A stretch of DNA of 64,000 bases from an uncultured Planctomycetota bacterium (GCA_963737655.1 CAVTTN010000002.1:5760001-5824000); one strand, 5' to 3'. Shown: positions 18,129 through 28,580, numbered from the stretch's first letter. Numbers and translations are program-made. Notes: generated by a model not told the origin, from the sequence alone.

Positions 18129-19886
18129 ATGCCGCTGCGCGCCTTGAGATTGTTCCCGGCCCGGCCGTCCCGACCGATCCGTTCGAGGATGGCGACCGCG
18201 AGGCGATTCGCCCTGGCCGTCGAATCGCTGGAAGCGCGTGAGGTGCTCTCGCTGGCCTTCAGCTTCACCTATTCGGACCCGTCCAACGCGCTGGCCGCCT
18301 ACCAGCCCCAGCTCGGGATGAACCTCCAGGCGGCGGCCCAGGCGCTGGGCCAGGCGTTGGACGGCAAGGGGACGGTGGACGTCCAGGTCACGGCCAATCC
18401 CGTCTCGGGGAGCGTGATCGCCTCGGCGACCCCCATCCAGGTGAACATCGGGACCGCCAGCCTCCCTCAGGGCACGGTCAACGTGTACGAGGCGTTGCCC
18501 GAGTACGAGGCGACCCACGGCGGGAGCGACCTGAACGGCTCGTCCCCCGACATGCTCCTGAACATCAACCCCAACTATTTGAGCTCGGCCTTCTTCGACA
18601 CCTCCGGGGCGTTCTTGATGAACGCCCCGCCGTCGAACAAGCTCGACTTCATCACGACCGTCACCCACGAGCTGGTCCACGGGCTGGGCTTCTACAGCCT
18701 GACGACCCGCGACACCAACGGCGTCCCCTCGGGGAGCAACGTCAGCCTGTTCGACCTGGACGTCGTCAACTCGGGGTCGAACACCTACTTCGCGGGCGCG
18801 AACGCCGAGGCCGCCAACGGCAACCTGGCGGTGCCCCTCTACAACGACCACACCTATAACCCCGGGTCCAACTTCTCGCACTACAATCTGTCCTCGGACC
18901 TGATGTACTACTCGCTGAGCGCCGGGCAGAGGAGGACGCTGAGCCCGGTGGACGTCGGGGCCCTGGTGGACATCGGCTGGTCCCGGGCCACCGCCCACCG
19001 GGCCAAGCCCGACGATTTCGACGGCGACGGCAAGACCGACATCGCCACGTTCGACCCGAGCACGGCCAAGTGGTACATCCAGGAATCGACCGGCGGATAC
19101 GTCCAGATCCCCCAGTTCGGCGGGGCCAACTGGATCCCCGAGCCGGGGGACTACGACGGCGACGGCGTGACGGACCTCGGCGTGTTCGACCCGACGACGG
19201 GCAACTGGTACACCTACAACTCCTCGACCCACACGCAGAGCGGCCCGACCCAGGTCGGCGGGCCCGGCTACGTCCCCGTGCCGGGCGACTATAACGGCGA
19301 CGGCAAGACCGACTTCGCCGTCTTCAACTCCAGCAACGGCGACTGGTACTACCGCAATTCCAGCTCCGGGGCCCTGGTCGGCCCGATCCAGGTGGGCGGG
19401 CCGAACTGGATCCCCGTGCCCGGCGACTACGACGGCGACGGCAAGACCGACATGGCCTCGATCAACCCCGGCGGCTCGCTCGACGCCTGGTACTACCTCG
19501 CCTCCTCCACCAACACGCTGCAAGGGCCCATCTCCTTCGGCCCCACCGGCTGGAACGCGGTGCCCGGCGACTACAATGGCGACGGCAAGACCGACATCGC
19601 CGTCTTCGACCCGGGCAGCGGCAACTGGTACTATCGCTCCTCGGCCGACGGCTCGACCGTCGGCCCGATCCAGGTGGGCGGGCCGAACTGGATCCCCGTG
19701 CCCGGCGACTACGACGGCGACGGCAAGACCGACATGGCCTCGGTCAACCCCGGCGGCACCGTGGCCGCCTGGTACTACCTCCCGTCCTCGACCAATACCC
19801 TCCAGGGCCCGATCTACTTCGGCGCCCCCTCCTGGACCCCCCTGGAAGCCCCCGATTTCATCCGCTACAAGAGGATCCACGGCTGA
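18129..19886 (+). CDS. Secreted zinc metallopeptidase-like protein with FG-GAP/VCBS repeats
   Basis: AVESLEAREVLS planctomycete signal motif; HELVHGLGF...FSHY...DLM; six G/D-D-Y/F-D/N-GDG-x-TD repeats. Confidence 0.85.
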   Translation: MPLRALRLFPARPSRPIRSRMATARRFALAVESLEAREVLSLAFSFTYSDPSNALAAYQPQLGMNLQAAAQALGQALDGKGTVDVQVTANPVSGSVIASATPIQVNIGTASLPQGTVNVYEALPEYEATHGGSDLNGSSPDMLLNINPNYLSSAFFDTSGAFLMNAPPSNKLDFITTVTHELVHGLGFYSLTTRDTNGVPSGSNVSLFDLDVVNSGSNTYFAGANAEAANGNLAVPLYNDHTYNPGSNFSHYNLSSDLMYYSLSAGQRRTLSPVDVGALVDIGWSRATAHRAKPDDFDGDGKTDIATFDPSTAKWYIQESTGGYVQIPQFGGANWIPEPGDYDGDGVTDLGVFDPTTGNWYTYNSSTHTQSGPTQVGGPGYVPVPGDYNGDGKTDFAVFNSSNGDWYYRNSSSGALVGPIQVGGPNWIPVPGDYDGDGKTDMASINPGGSLDAWYYLASSTNTLQGPISFGPTGWNAVPGDYNGDGKTDIAVFDPGSGNWYYRSSADGSTVGPIQVGGPNWIPVPGDYDGDGKTDMASVNPGGTVAAWYYLPSSTNTLQGPIYFGAPSWTPLEAPDFIRYKRIHG

Positions 19887-19957
19887 TCGGCCCGGGCCGC
19901 GCCGGGGGCATCCCCGGCGCGGCCGTCAGCCCCGGCGAAACCGGACCTCGACCGGTC

Positions 19958-20923
19958 TCAGTCCTCGGGGCCCGCGTCCGGTTCGGCTTCGGCGTCCCCT
20001 TCGTCCTCGCCCGGGTCGAGCGTCCCGAACCGGGCCTTCAGGGCGTCGGCCAGCGAGAGGAACTCCTCGACGTTCATGGCCTCGGCGCGGATCGAGCCGT
20101 TCAGGCCGAGCGATTCGAGGAGGGCGTCGACCTCGGGCTTGGTCCATCGGCCCTTCCAGGCGGTGAAGAGGACGCCTCGGAGGTTCTTCCGGCGGTGGAG
20201 GAACACGCGGCGGACCGTCGCCACGAACCAGTCGAGGTCGGCGATCGCGGCGCGTTTCTCGGGGCTGGGGCGGACCTTCACCACGGCCGATTCCACCTTG
20301 GGCTTCGGCCAGAACACCTTGGGCGACAGGACCCGGACGATCTCGACGTCCGCCAGGGCCTGCGTGAGGATCGACAGGCCGCCATAGGCGGATGTTCCCG
20401 GCTCGGCCCGGAGCCTCTCGGCCATCTCCAACTGGATCGTGGCGACCATCAGCGACGGCCTCGGCTCGTCGCTCAGCAGGAGGTTGCTCAGGATCGGCGT
20501 GGCGACGTTGTAGGGCAGATTGGCCACGAGCTTGAACGCGAGGCCGGGCCTCACGGCCAGCCCGGCGCGGACGTTGTTCAGGACGTCGGGGTTGATCGTG
20601 TGCTTGTTCGCGAGCGCATCGGCATTGATCACGCGGACATTCAAGCGCCCGCTGACGGCCTCGCGGGTCAATCGGGCCATCGCCGGGTCGATCTCGACGG
20701 CCACGACGGCGGAGGCGGACTCGGCCATCATCGCCGTCATCGCCCCGGCGCCGGGGCCGACTTCCAGGATCACGTCGTCGGGCCCGATCTCCGCGGCCCG
20801 GGCGATCAGCTCATGGATATTCAAATCGATGAGGAAGTTCTGCCCATAGCGATGCTGGGGGAAGATCCCCCGCCGGGCGAACAGGTTGCGAAGGTAAGAC
20901 ATCGTCTGGCGATGGGCGGTCAT
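19958..20923 (-). CDS. rsmA: 16S rRNA adenine dimethyltransferase
   Basis: GQNFLID, LEVGPGAG, VANLPYNV, FWPKPKVES, RRKNL. Confidence 0.95.
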   Translation of the reverse strand: MTAHRQTMSYLRNLFARRGIFPQHRYGQNFLIDLNIHELIARAAEIGPDDVILEVGPGAGAMTAMMAESASAVVAVEIDPAMARLTREAVSGRLNVRVINADALANKHTINPDVLNNVRAGLAVRPGLAFKLVANLPYNVATPILSNLLLSDEPRPSLMVATIQLEMAERLRAEPGTSAYGGLSILTQALADVEIVRVLSPKVFWPKPKVESAVVKVRPSPEKRAAIADLDWFVATVRRVFLHRRKNLRGVLFTAWKGRWTKPEVDALLESLGLNGSIRAEAMNVEEFLSLADALKARFGTLDPGEDEGDAEAEPDAGPED

Positions 20924-20937
20924 GAGGCGGCGATCCC

Positions 20938-20984
20938 GTAGGGTGCATGCAATGCACCGTCGTGTAGGGTGCATGAAATGCACC
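20938..20984 (+). repeat. Tandem GTAG-type REP pair
   Basis: GTAGGGTGCATGCAATGCACC (20938) and GTAGGGTGCATGAAATGCACC (20964). Confidence 0.85.
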
Positions 20985-21064
20985 AACCAGCGGCGGGCAA
21001 GGCCCGCCCACCGCTCTCGTCTTCCCCGACATGAAGGAACGAAGGGGTCTGCGCGAGGCGGGCA

Positions 21065-21682
21065 TCACCCGCCGACCACCTCGGCGGATCGCATCCACCC
21101 GACGTGGAGTTTCTCCAGGTGCTTGGCCAGCATGTCGGCCTCGATGTTCACGCGATCGCCTGTTTTGAGCGTCCCCAACGTCGTGACCGCCAAGGTGTGG
21201 GGGATCAGCATCACGGAGAACCCCTCGGGGCCGACGTCCACCAGGGTGAGGCTCACGCCGTCGATGGCGATCGACCCCTTGGGGACCATCAGGCGGGGCC
21301 ATTCCGGGTCGATGCGGAAGGCGAGGAAGTCCCACTCCCCCTCGGGCCGGCGCTCGACGAGCTCGGCGGTCGTGTCCACGTGCCCCTGGACGAAGTGCCC
21401 TCCCAATCGGTCGCCCACGCGCAGGGAGCGTTCGAGGTTCACCGGGTCGCCCGGCCGGCGGTCGCCCAGGTTGGTGCGGGCGAGGGTCTCGGGCCCGGCC
21501 TGGACGTCGAAGAGCTCGCCGTCGGCCGAGACGACGGTCAGGCAGCAGCCGTTGACGGCCACGCTCTCGCCCAGGGCCAGGCGGTCGGCCAGGTCCGGCC
21601 ATCGGATCGTCATCCGCAGCCCGGCCCCCTCCGGTTCCCTCGTCTCGACCCGCCCCAACGCCTCGACCAGCCCCGTGAACAT
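21065..21682 (-). CDS. ribE: Riboflavin synthase (alpha chain)
   Basis: MFTGLVE, GESVAVNGCCLT, VNLER, GGHFVQGHVD, KGSIAIDGVSLT. Confidence 0.95.
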   Translation of the reverse strand: MFTGLVEALGRVETREPEGAGLRMTIRWPDLADRLALGESVAVNGCCLTVVSADGELFDVQAGPETLARTNLGDRRPGDPVNLERSLRVGDRLGGHFVQGHVDTTAELVERRPEGEWDFLAFRIDPEWPRLMVPKGSIAIDGVSLTLVDVGPEGFSVMLIPHTLAVTTLGTLKTGDRVNIEADMLAKHLEKLHVGWMRSAEVVGG

Positions 21683-21852
21683 CCTCGCCCCCCTGCCCTG
21701 CCCTGACCCGGCCCGCGAATCGCGATCCCCCATGATACCGAAACCGCCCGGCCGGGCCGAGGTCGTTGCCCGGCGGCCCCGGCCGGCTTAGGATTGGGGA
21801 GGACGATGACGCCAAGAGACGTGGATTTGATCTCAGCCCGGGAGCCCCGACG

Positions 21853-22218
21853 ATGGCCACGGAGACTTCGAGCTTCTTCGACGTGACGGACCGAGGCGCC
21901 GTGACGATCGTTCACGTCCTGGAGCCGACGATCCGCCACCCCGGCCAGGCCGAGCAGTTCGGCGCCGACCTGAACGCCCTGGTCGATCGCGACGGCCGCA
22001 ACCGGCTGGTCGTGGACTTCCACCGCAACCATTATCTCGGGAGCACGGCGTTCGCCGTCCTGATCGGCCTGGCGAAGAAGGTCGAGGCCGCCCGGGGGAA
22101 GCTGGCCCTCTGCTCGCTCGATCCCGACGTCCTCGTGGGCGCGAACATCATCGGCCTGGGCAAGATCATCCCGATCTTCGAGGGCGAGGCGGACGCGATC
22201 GAGGCGGTGTCGTCGTGA
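21853..22218 (+). CDS. STAS-domain anti-sigma factor antagonist
   Basis: LVVDF...YLGSTAFAVL...GKLALCSL. Confidence 0.85.
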   Translation: MATETSSFFDVTDRGAVTIVHVLEPTIRHPGQAEQFGADLNALVDRDGRNRLVVDFHRNHYLGSTAFAVLIGLAKKVEAARGKLALCSLDPDVLVGANIIGLGKIIPIFEGEADAIEAVSS

Positions 22219-22321
22219 CGAGGACGGCGGTCGGCGAATCCGATCCGGTCCCAGCTCGAGCGGCTCCCCGGGAAAGGCCGAGGCGCAGCGAGCGGATCAT
22301 TCGCGGACGGGGGGATCGCAG

Positions 22322-23428
22322 ATGGCGAAGGCGAAAGCCGAGGAGTTCCACGCCCCGGAGCCGCTCGATCCGGAACAGTTGTTGGAGGTCTGGCAGAGGG
22401 CCAGGGAGATTCCCGGGTTCTCCAACCCCTTCCCCCAGAACTGGGCCTACCGGGTTTCGAAGAAGAAGGGGTGGGTCCCCTCCCTGGCCGGCGCCCCGGG
22501 GGTGACGGCGACCCGGCAAATCCGGCTCGACGCGAACCTGAACCGGGCGAAGGTGACGGCGAAGGTCCTGGCCCAGGCCTACAGCGATCTGGCCGGGCTC
22601 GAGCCGCCCCCGGCCGAGGGCTCGCCGCGGCTGGACTTCTACGTCTCCTGCGATTTCGACCTGCTCGGGGTGCCGAATTACCCCGACGAGACGCGCGAGG
22701 TCAGCTTCTCGCTCTCGACCATGGAGGGCGCCCCCTGGTTCCACTTCTCTTGCAGCACCTCCTTCGGCTGGACGACCGACGCTCACGAGGAGAACCGGAT
22801 CCTCTTCGGGACCGAGCGGGCCCTGCAGGAAGACCTGATCGGCCGGGTGATCGCGTCGAGCCGGCTCCCTCTGCGGATCGTCCCGGCCGGCAAGTCGTTC
22901 GGCGTGGAGCACTTCGAGGGCGCCTGGACGGGCCACTGGGACGAGCCGAAGGAGTACGGCCCGGGGGGCCTCGGTTGCCCCCTCCCCGGCGATTCCCCGG
23001 CCGACCTGGTCGGGCGGGCGCTCGACGGGCTGGCGGTCATGACCCCGGTGGGCCCGCCCCGCTACACCGCCCACCTCTACCTGGAGGCCCGGCCGAAGGC
23101 GGCCGACCCGTGCCCGGGGCTGTACCGGCGCCTCCAGGGCTTCCGCTGGCCGGTCGCCTCCACCAGCCTGTCCACCGTGTTCCGGATCGGGTCGCCCGAG
23201 GGCCTCGACGGACTCCGGCCGGCCCTGCCAAGCCCTCGGGCCGCCCTCAAGCTGAACCTCGCCCGCTTCCGCCCGGTCGGCCAGCCGGCCCGAGGACCCG
23301 CGACCACCCTGGTCGTCAAGACCCGGCAGGACGGCCACCACCTCAGCCTCCTCGTGCCTCCGGGGCACGAGACGAAGCGCCTGCGCAAGACCCTGGAGCA
23401 CGACCTGCGACTGGTCCTCAAGCCTTGA
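22322..23428 (+). CDS. Hypothetical protein
   Basis: 368-aa ORF with protein-like composition; no motif recognised. Confidence 0.65.
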   Translation: MAKAKAEEFHAPEPLDPEQLLEVWQRAREIPGFSNPFPQNWAYRVSKKKGWVPSLAGAPGVTATRQIRLDANLNRAKVTAKVLAQAYSDLAGLEPPPAEGSPRLDFYVSCDFDLLGVPNYPDETREVSFSLSTMEGAPWFHFSCSTSFGWTTDAHEENRILFGTERALQEDLIGRVIASSRLPLRIVPAGKSFGVEHFEGAWTGHWDEPKEYGPGGLGCPLPGDSPADLVGRALDGLAVMTPVGPPRYTAHLYLEARPKAADPCPGLYRRLQGFRWPVASTSLSTVFRIGSPEGLDGLRPALPSPRAALKLNLARFRPVGQPARGPATTLVVKTRQDGHHLSLLVPPGHETKRLRKTLEHDLRLVLKP

Positions 23429-23523
23429 GGGCCGGGCGGACGGGCGTTTAGAATGAGGCCCGATCGACCGTCCCTCTTCTTTGCTCTCCTCTGCTCTCCC
23501 ATCCCGTCCCGGAGGACCGACGC

Positions 23524-24436
23524 ATGACACCTCCCGTGAACCGTCGCGACTTCCTCGCCCAGACCGCCGCCGGGGCCGCCGCCCTGGCCGCCGCGTCGTC
23601 CGCTTCGGCCTCGGCTTCGGCCGCCCCGTATCCTCGCGCCTCGCTGCCGAAGACGGCGACCGACAAGGTCACCCTGGGCAAGACGGGCATCCAGGTCTCG
23701 CTCGTCGGGATGGGCACCGGCAGCGTCGGCGTGGGCCAGGCGAGCAACCAGACGCGAATGGGCGTGAAGGAGTTCACCCGGGTCGTCCGCCACGCCCTGG
23801 ACCGCGGCGTCTGCTTCTTCGACGTGGCCGACCAGTACGGCTCCCACACCTATCTTCGCGAGGCCCTCAAGGGCGTCGATCGCGACAAGTACGTGATCCA
23901 GACCAAGAGCCACGCCACCGACCTGGCCAACTGCCGGTCGCACATCGAGCGCTACCGGATGGAGCTCGGCGTGGACATGATCGACATCGTCCTTTTGCAC
24001 TGCATGACGGAGAAGGACTGGCCGGCGAAGCACGTCGGCTCGATGGAATACTTGATGAAGGCCCGCGAGCAGGGGATCATCCGGGCCCACGGCACGAGCT
24101 GCCACGGGATGGACCCGCTGCGGACCTCGGCCAAGGACCCGTTCGTCCAGATCGACCTGGCCCGGATCAACCCCGAGGGGCTGATCATGGACGACCGCAA
24201 GCCGGATGAGGTCGCCAGCGAGCTCCAGGAGATGCACGACGCCGGCAAGGGCGTCGTCGGCATGAAGATCCTCGGCGAAGGCCGGTTCAAGGAGCCCGAG
24301 AGAGCGCGATGCGTCGCTGAGGTTCGTCCTGGGCCTGGGCACCGTCGATGCCTTCATCATCGGCTTCGAGACCACGGCGCAGATCGACGACCTCCTGGAC
24401 CGGACCGAGAAGGCGATCGCCGGCCTGAAGAAGTGA
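23524..24436 (+). CDS. Tat-exported aldo/keto reductase (frameshift ~24300)
   Basis: NRRDFL Tat motif, LGKTG, FDVADQYG, GMKILGEG; true tail ERDASLRFVLGLGTVDAFIIGF...KK* lies in another frame. Confidence 0.85.
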
Positions 24437-24462
24437 CGACGCGAGAACGCCGCGCCATCACA

Positions 24463-24500
24463 GCCCTTGTAGGGTCCGCGATTGCGGCCCCTACAAGGGC
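24463..24500. repeat. GTAG-type REP hairpin
   Basis: GCCCTTGTAGGGTCCGCGATTGCGGCCCCTACAAGGGC. Confidence 0.7.
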
Positions 24501-24546
24501 GTTTGAGCCGGAAAACGAACCCGCCCGCCCCGAGCGGAGGCGCCCC

Positions 24547-25401
24547 ATGAAGACCGCTCGCGATCCCTCATCCCACGCCCGGTCTCTCCAGTGCATGGAG
24601 ATCCTCGGCGGGGCCGGGGCCCGGGAGGAGCTGTTCTCGACCCCCGGCCTGGATGCCTGGCTGTTCAGCCGGCCCTATCATGGCGAGAGCCAGGGCGGGG
24701 ACGTCCATTATTTATCGTTATGCGGCGGAGGAGTGATCACCCGGTTCGTCCTGGCCGACGTCTCGGGCCACGGCCAGGCGGTGGCCGAGTTCTCGGCGGC
24801 TCTGCGGAGGATCGTCCGCAAGAACATCAACCGCAAGAGCCAGGGGCACCTCGTCGCGGCCCTGAACCGCGAGTTCTCCGCGATGGCCGAGCTCCGGCGA
24901 TTCGCCACGGCCGTCGTCGCCACCTATCTCGCCACCAAGCGGACCCTGACGGTCTGCAACGCCGGCCACCCGCGCCCCCTGCTCTACCGGGCCGAGAGCC
25001 GGGAATGGTCGATCCTCGGCGCCGATTCCGGGGCCGCCCGGGGGGCGAATCTGCCCCTGGGGATCGACGACGCCTCGGATTACGAGTCGTTCGCCGTCGA
25101 TCTGAAGCCCAATGACGTCGTGATCGCCTTCACCGACGCGATGGTCGAGGCCCAGGACGAGGGCTCGAACCTCCTCGGCGAAGCCGGCCTGCTCGACCTG
25201 GCCCGGGGCCTCGACCCGACCGACCCCTCGACGATCGGCCCGGCGCTGGTCTCGGCCGTGGAAGGATATCGCCGGGGGGAGACGGCCGACGACGACCTGA
25301 CGGTCCTGGTCCTCCGCCACACCGCCCAGGGACCCAAACGGCTCTCGGTGGGGGAGAAGCTGGACGTCTACGCGAAGGTCTTCGGGCTGAAGGCGGTGTA
25401 G
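24547..25401 (+). CDS. PP2C/SpoIIE-type Ser/Thr phosphatase
   Basis: GGDVHY, ADVSGHG, NAGHP, FTDAMVE, DDLT. Confidence 0.9.
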   Translation: MKTARDPSSHARSLQCMEILGGAGAREELFSTPGLDAWLFSRPYHGESQGGDVHYLSLCGGGVITRFVLADVSGHGQAVAEFSAALRRIVRKNINRKSQGHLVAALNREFSAMAELRRFATAVVATYLATKRTLTVCNAGHPRPLLYRAESREWSILGADSGAARGANLPLGIDDASDYESFAVDLKPNDVVIAFTDAMVEAQDEGSNLLGEAGLLDLARGLDPTDPSTIGPALVSAVEGYRRGETADDDLTVLVLRHTAQGPKRLSVGEKLDVYAKVFGLKAV

Positions 25402-25483
25402 GCGCGCCAATCCTGGCCAAACCGGCCGAGTCCCGGCCTGGGAGGCCAGGGCGCGGCCCGTCGTGACCGTTGAAAAGGCGGCT

Positions 25484-26023
25484 TCACGTCTCCTGCCACG
25501 ACGACTCGAAAATCGACTCCATCTCCGCAAGGACTGGCCCGAGGGCCGACCACTCCTCGGGAAGCCGGTTCCACCAGGCGATCCGGGCCCGGCAGAAGGA
25601 TTTGCCGACGTGGAGCTCATAGCTCGTGCCGTCGAGCCCGACCGGCGGTTCGGCCACGGCCAGGGGGATCGGGATGGCCTGGAGACGACGGACGACCCCC
25701 TCAATCCTGGTCGCGTCGATCGGCGCCGAGACCACTTCGACGGTCGGCCTGTAGGGACGGGGATGCTTCAAACGCTCCAGGGGCGAGCCGAAGGCCCCGG
25801 AGTCCAGGTCCATCCGCCAGCACGAGCGAAAGAGGCGAGGCTGGGCCGGACCGCCCGGGACGGGCCACGAGCGGACATCCCAGCCGACCGAGTTCTCGAA
25901 GGAGGGGAGGACCACGAGGCGACACATCAGGAGGCCGTCGGCTCCGACGAAGGCGCCGGAGCGGAGGCCGTCGCACGCGGCCTCCCGAACGGCAAAAAAC
26001 TCGTCGAACTGCTCGAGGTCCAC
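25484..26023 (-). CDS. Hypothetical protein
   Basis: 179-aa ORF; PSFE...W...GLDGTSYEL...WW pattern. Confidence 0.6.
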   Translation of the reverse strand: MDLEQFDEFFAVREAACDGLRSGAFVGADGLLMCRLVVLPSFENSVGWDVRSWPVPGGPAQPRLFRSCWRMDLDSGAFGSPLERLKHPRPYRPTVEVVSAPIDATRIEGVVRRLQAIPIPLAVAEPPVGLDGTSYELHVGKSFCRARIAWWNRLPEEWSALGPVLAEMESIFESSWQET

Positions 26024-26224
26024 GCGATCGCCTCCCCGTTGTCTAACCCCGGGCCGCGAGGAGTTTGGCTCCCTCGCGGTGGGCCAGCCATTCCCGGAAC
26101 GTTGGGAACCGGTCGGGATCGGGCCGTCCGTTGCCGGGCCTCGGCTCGTCGGGGTGGGCGGCGATCTCGTCGGCCCCGGTCGTCGTGGCCGCCCTCCCGC
26201 GATGTCGAGATGTTCGATGGCTTT

Positions 26225-26503
26225 TCAGGGAGTCGAGGTCCCGGTCCGGCTTTGGAGATAGGCCTCAACCGCCTTCTTCGACTCGGACAGGCCCGCCCCG
26301 GTGGCCTGGCGGTACTCGCGGATGGCGGCGATCTTCTCGCCCCGATCGGCGAAGGCCCGGGCCCGCTCGGGGAAGCCGGCTTCTTCCTCCGAATCGGCGA
26401 GCCCGAGGCTCTCCAGGATCAGGTCGAGCTTGCGTTCCACCCTCCGCAATCGGGCGGCGTCCTCGGGGGTGAATTCGGGGGAACGGCCGAGCAGGTCGAA
26501 CAT
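26225..26503 (-). CDS. Small protein with ribosomal L7/L12 C-terminal-like domain
   Basis: ERKLDLIL...KIAAIREYRQATGAGLSESKKAVE; lacks the rplL N-terminus and operon context. Confidence 0.75.
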   Translation of the reverse strand: MFDLLGRSPEFTPEDAARLRRVERKLDLILESLGLADSEEEAGFPERARAFADRGEKIAAIREYRQATGAGLSESKKAVEAYLQSRTGTSTP

Positions 26504-26609
26504 CGTCGGTCCTCGGGTCGCGATCGGGCGGAGATCAGGCCCTCCGGGGAGGGGATTCGACCCGAGGGCCGTTCTATTGGACCGATCGCGACCGGGGGCC
26601 GATCCCGGG

Positions 26610-26855
26610 TCAATCCAGGCCGCACATCCCCGACCCGCACCCGCCCATCCCGCACGGGCCGGGCGAGGGGCCGGCGTCGCCCATCGGCAGGGACGACGAG
26701 GCCGAGCCATTCACCTTCGCCGCCGCCGGGACGCTGAATTGCTTGTTCAGGTCGATATTGCCGCACTTCGGGCAGTGCGGGACGTCCGACGACGAGCGGA
26801 CCAGCGTCTCGAACTCGTGGTGGCAAGGCTCGCAGCGGTATTCGTAGATCGGCAT
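26610..26855 (-). CDS. FmdB-family zinc ribbon protein
   Basis: MPIYEYRCEPC...CPKCG, Cys-rich tail. Confidence 0.92.
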   Translation of the reverse strand: MPIYEYRCEPCHHEFETLVRSSSDVPHCPKCGNIDLNKQFSVPAAAKVNGSASSSLPMGDAGPSPGPCGMGGCGSGMCGLD

Positions 26856-26982
26856 CGGAAGAAGCCCTCGAAATCGGTCGGTTTCCGGGTATTTTGGGGC
26901 GAGGTCTCGGCCCTGTCAATGTCGAGGGATTCCGAGGGCGAAGGCGGCCCTATTCTCCGACCGGATCTGGTAGGATACGCTC

Positions 26983-27831
26983 ATGGATGAGGTTCGGACG
27001 ACGCGGGCCGTGGTTCCGAGGGATGACATGGGCGAGCCGAAGACCGATTGGGGGAAGCAGCTCGTCGAACAGATGCAGGGCCTCGCCACGGACTTCCGCG
27101 ACTTTCGCACGGAGATGGCCGCGTTCCGCGAGCAGATGGAGCGGGTCGCCACGGAGTTCCGCGATTTTCGCACGGAGATGGTCCCCTTCCGCGTCAAGGC
27201 CGAATCGCACGTGGCCACCGTCGTCGGCTCGGTCAAGCTCGCGATCCCGATCCTGATCGCCTGCCTCGCGGCCTACATTTATCTGGCGGTCGAAGTCCGC
27301 ATCGCGACTTCCAAGGCGGACGGGCTCAAGGAGTCCATCGACGGCTTCAAGAACGATATGCACCGCACTCTCGAAAGGCTGGAAGGCAAGCTGGAGCGCG
27401 GCCAGGCCACCGGCCCTCCGTCCCAACCTCCCCGAGAGGACTGGACTTACGTCTGGGTCGAGGGGGGCCATTTCGAGAGGGTGGATGGGGATCGGAACGC
27501 TCTGGGCGCGACTTATCGGCTCGATGAGAACCGCCATCCGGGGGTGTCCTGGGTCGGCCTAACCGGCTCGGTCCTGATGCCCGACTCCGACCCGGCGCAG
27601 CCCAACGTCGATGCGAAGAAGGCGGAGGCGATCCGGGGGCTTTCCGGGGCCTCGGCCATCTATCTGGGCGGACATGACTTCCAGCTTCGTTTCGCCGACC
27701 AGGATGGGCGGTTGACCGATTCCGCCCTCGCCTACCTGAAGGCGGTCAATCCTCGGCTCCTGTTCCGCTTCCCGTCCGTGAAGTCGCCCCCCTCCGAAGG
27801 GAATGCGGGCCGGGGGCCGCTCCCCCGATAA
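26983..27831 (+). CDS. Hypothetical coiled-coil + TM protein
   Basis: Duplicated ATxFRDFRTEM heptads, one TM, C-terminal domain. Confidence 0.65.
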   Translation: MDEVRTTRAVVPRDDMGEPKTDWGKQLVEQMQGLATDFRDFRTEMAAFREQMERVATEFRDFRTEMVPFRVKAESHVATVVGSVKLAIPILIACLAAYIYLAVEVRIATSKADGLKESIDGFKNDMHRTLERLEGKLERGQATGPPSQPPREDWTYVWVEGGHFERVDGDRNALGATYRLDENRHPGVSWVGLTGSVLMPDSDPAQPNVDAKKAEAIRGLSGASAIYLGGHDFQLRFADQDGRLTDSALAYLKAVNPRLLFRFPSVKSPPSEGNAGRGPLPR

Positions 27832-27859
27832 GGGTGAGTCACCCCAGGACCGTTATCTG

Positions 27860-28546
27860 ATGAACCTTCGACCCCTGACCCGCGAGGAAGTCCGCTCGAT
27901 CGACCGGCTTGCGGCCGGGACTTATGGCCTTCCGACCCTCGTCCTGATGGAGAATGCCGGACGGGGGGCGGCGGAGATCCTTCGTCGCGAGGTCCCGGCC
28001 CCGGCCCGGGCAGTGATCGCCTGCGGGATGGGGAACAATGGGGGGGATGGGGGCGTGGTGGCCCGCCATCTGGACGCGGCCGGGTATCGCGTGACGGTCG
28101 CCCTGTTCGGCGAGACGGGCTCCCCCTCGCGGGATGCGTCGGTCCAGATCGGCATCCTGTCGGCCTCGGGGGTCGCGATGGCGACGGCCCCGGCCTCGCC
28201 GGCCGCGCTCGACGCCCTGTTCGCCGGGGCCGATTGGATCGTCGATGGCCTGCTCGGGACCGGGTTGAGCCGGCCGGTCGAGGGGCCGTTGCGCCAGGCG
28301 ATCGCGGCCATGAACCGGTCGGGCCGGCCGATCCTGGCCCTGGACCTGCCCTCGGGCCTGGATTGCGACTCGGGCGAGCCGTTGGGCGAGGCGGTCCGGG
28401 CGGCGATCACCGCGACGTTCGTGGCGCCGAAGGTCGGGTTCTCCCGGCCGGGGGCCTCGGCGTTCACGGGGCGGGTCGAGGTGGTGGAGATCGGCGTGCC
28501 GAGGCGGATCCTGGGGCCGTTCGCGGCCGAGGCCGAGACGGGCTGA
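27860..28546 (+). CDS. nnrE: NAD(P)H-hydrate epimerase (stand-alone YjeF_N)
   Basis: LMENAG, CGMGNNGGDG, VDGLLGTG, LDLPSG. Confidence 0.93.
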   Translation: MNLRPLTREEVRSIDRLAAGTYGLPTLVLMENAGRGAAEILRREVPAPARAVIACGMGNNGGDGGVVARHLDAAGYRVTVALFGETGSPSRDASVQIGILSASGVAMATAPASPAALDALFAGADWIVDGLLGTGLSRPVEGPLRQAIAAMNRSGRPILALDLPSGLDCDSGEPLGEAVRAAITATFVAPKVGFSRPGASAFTGRVEVVEIGVPRRILGPFAAEAETG

Positions 28547-28580
28547 CCGAGGGGGGCGGAGGGCCCTCGGGCCGGCCTCG

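Noticed and set aside
21683..21850. FMN riboswitch upstream of riboflavin synthase
   Set aside because: No AGGGCnGGGTGAAAnTCCCnACCG-like core was seen in this short divergent region.
23524..25401. Apparent 625-aa fusion of Tat aldo/keto reductase and PP2C phosphatase
   Set aside because: The reductase C-terminus and stop (24436) are in another frame, a REP hairpin lies in the supposed linker, and the phosphatase has its own ATG. This is a frameshift artefact.
26225..26503. Ribosomal protein gene rplL
   Set aside because: Only a C-terminal-like motif is present, with no rplJ/rpoB context.
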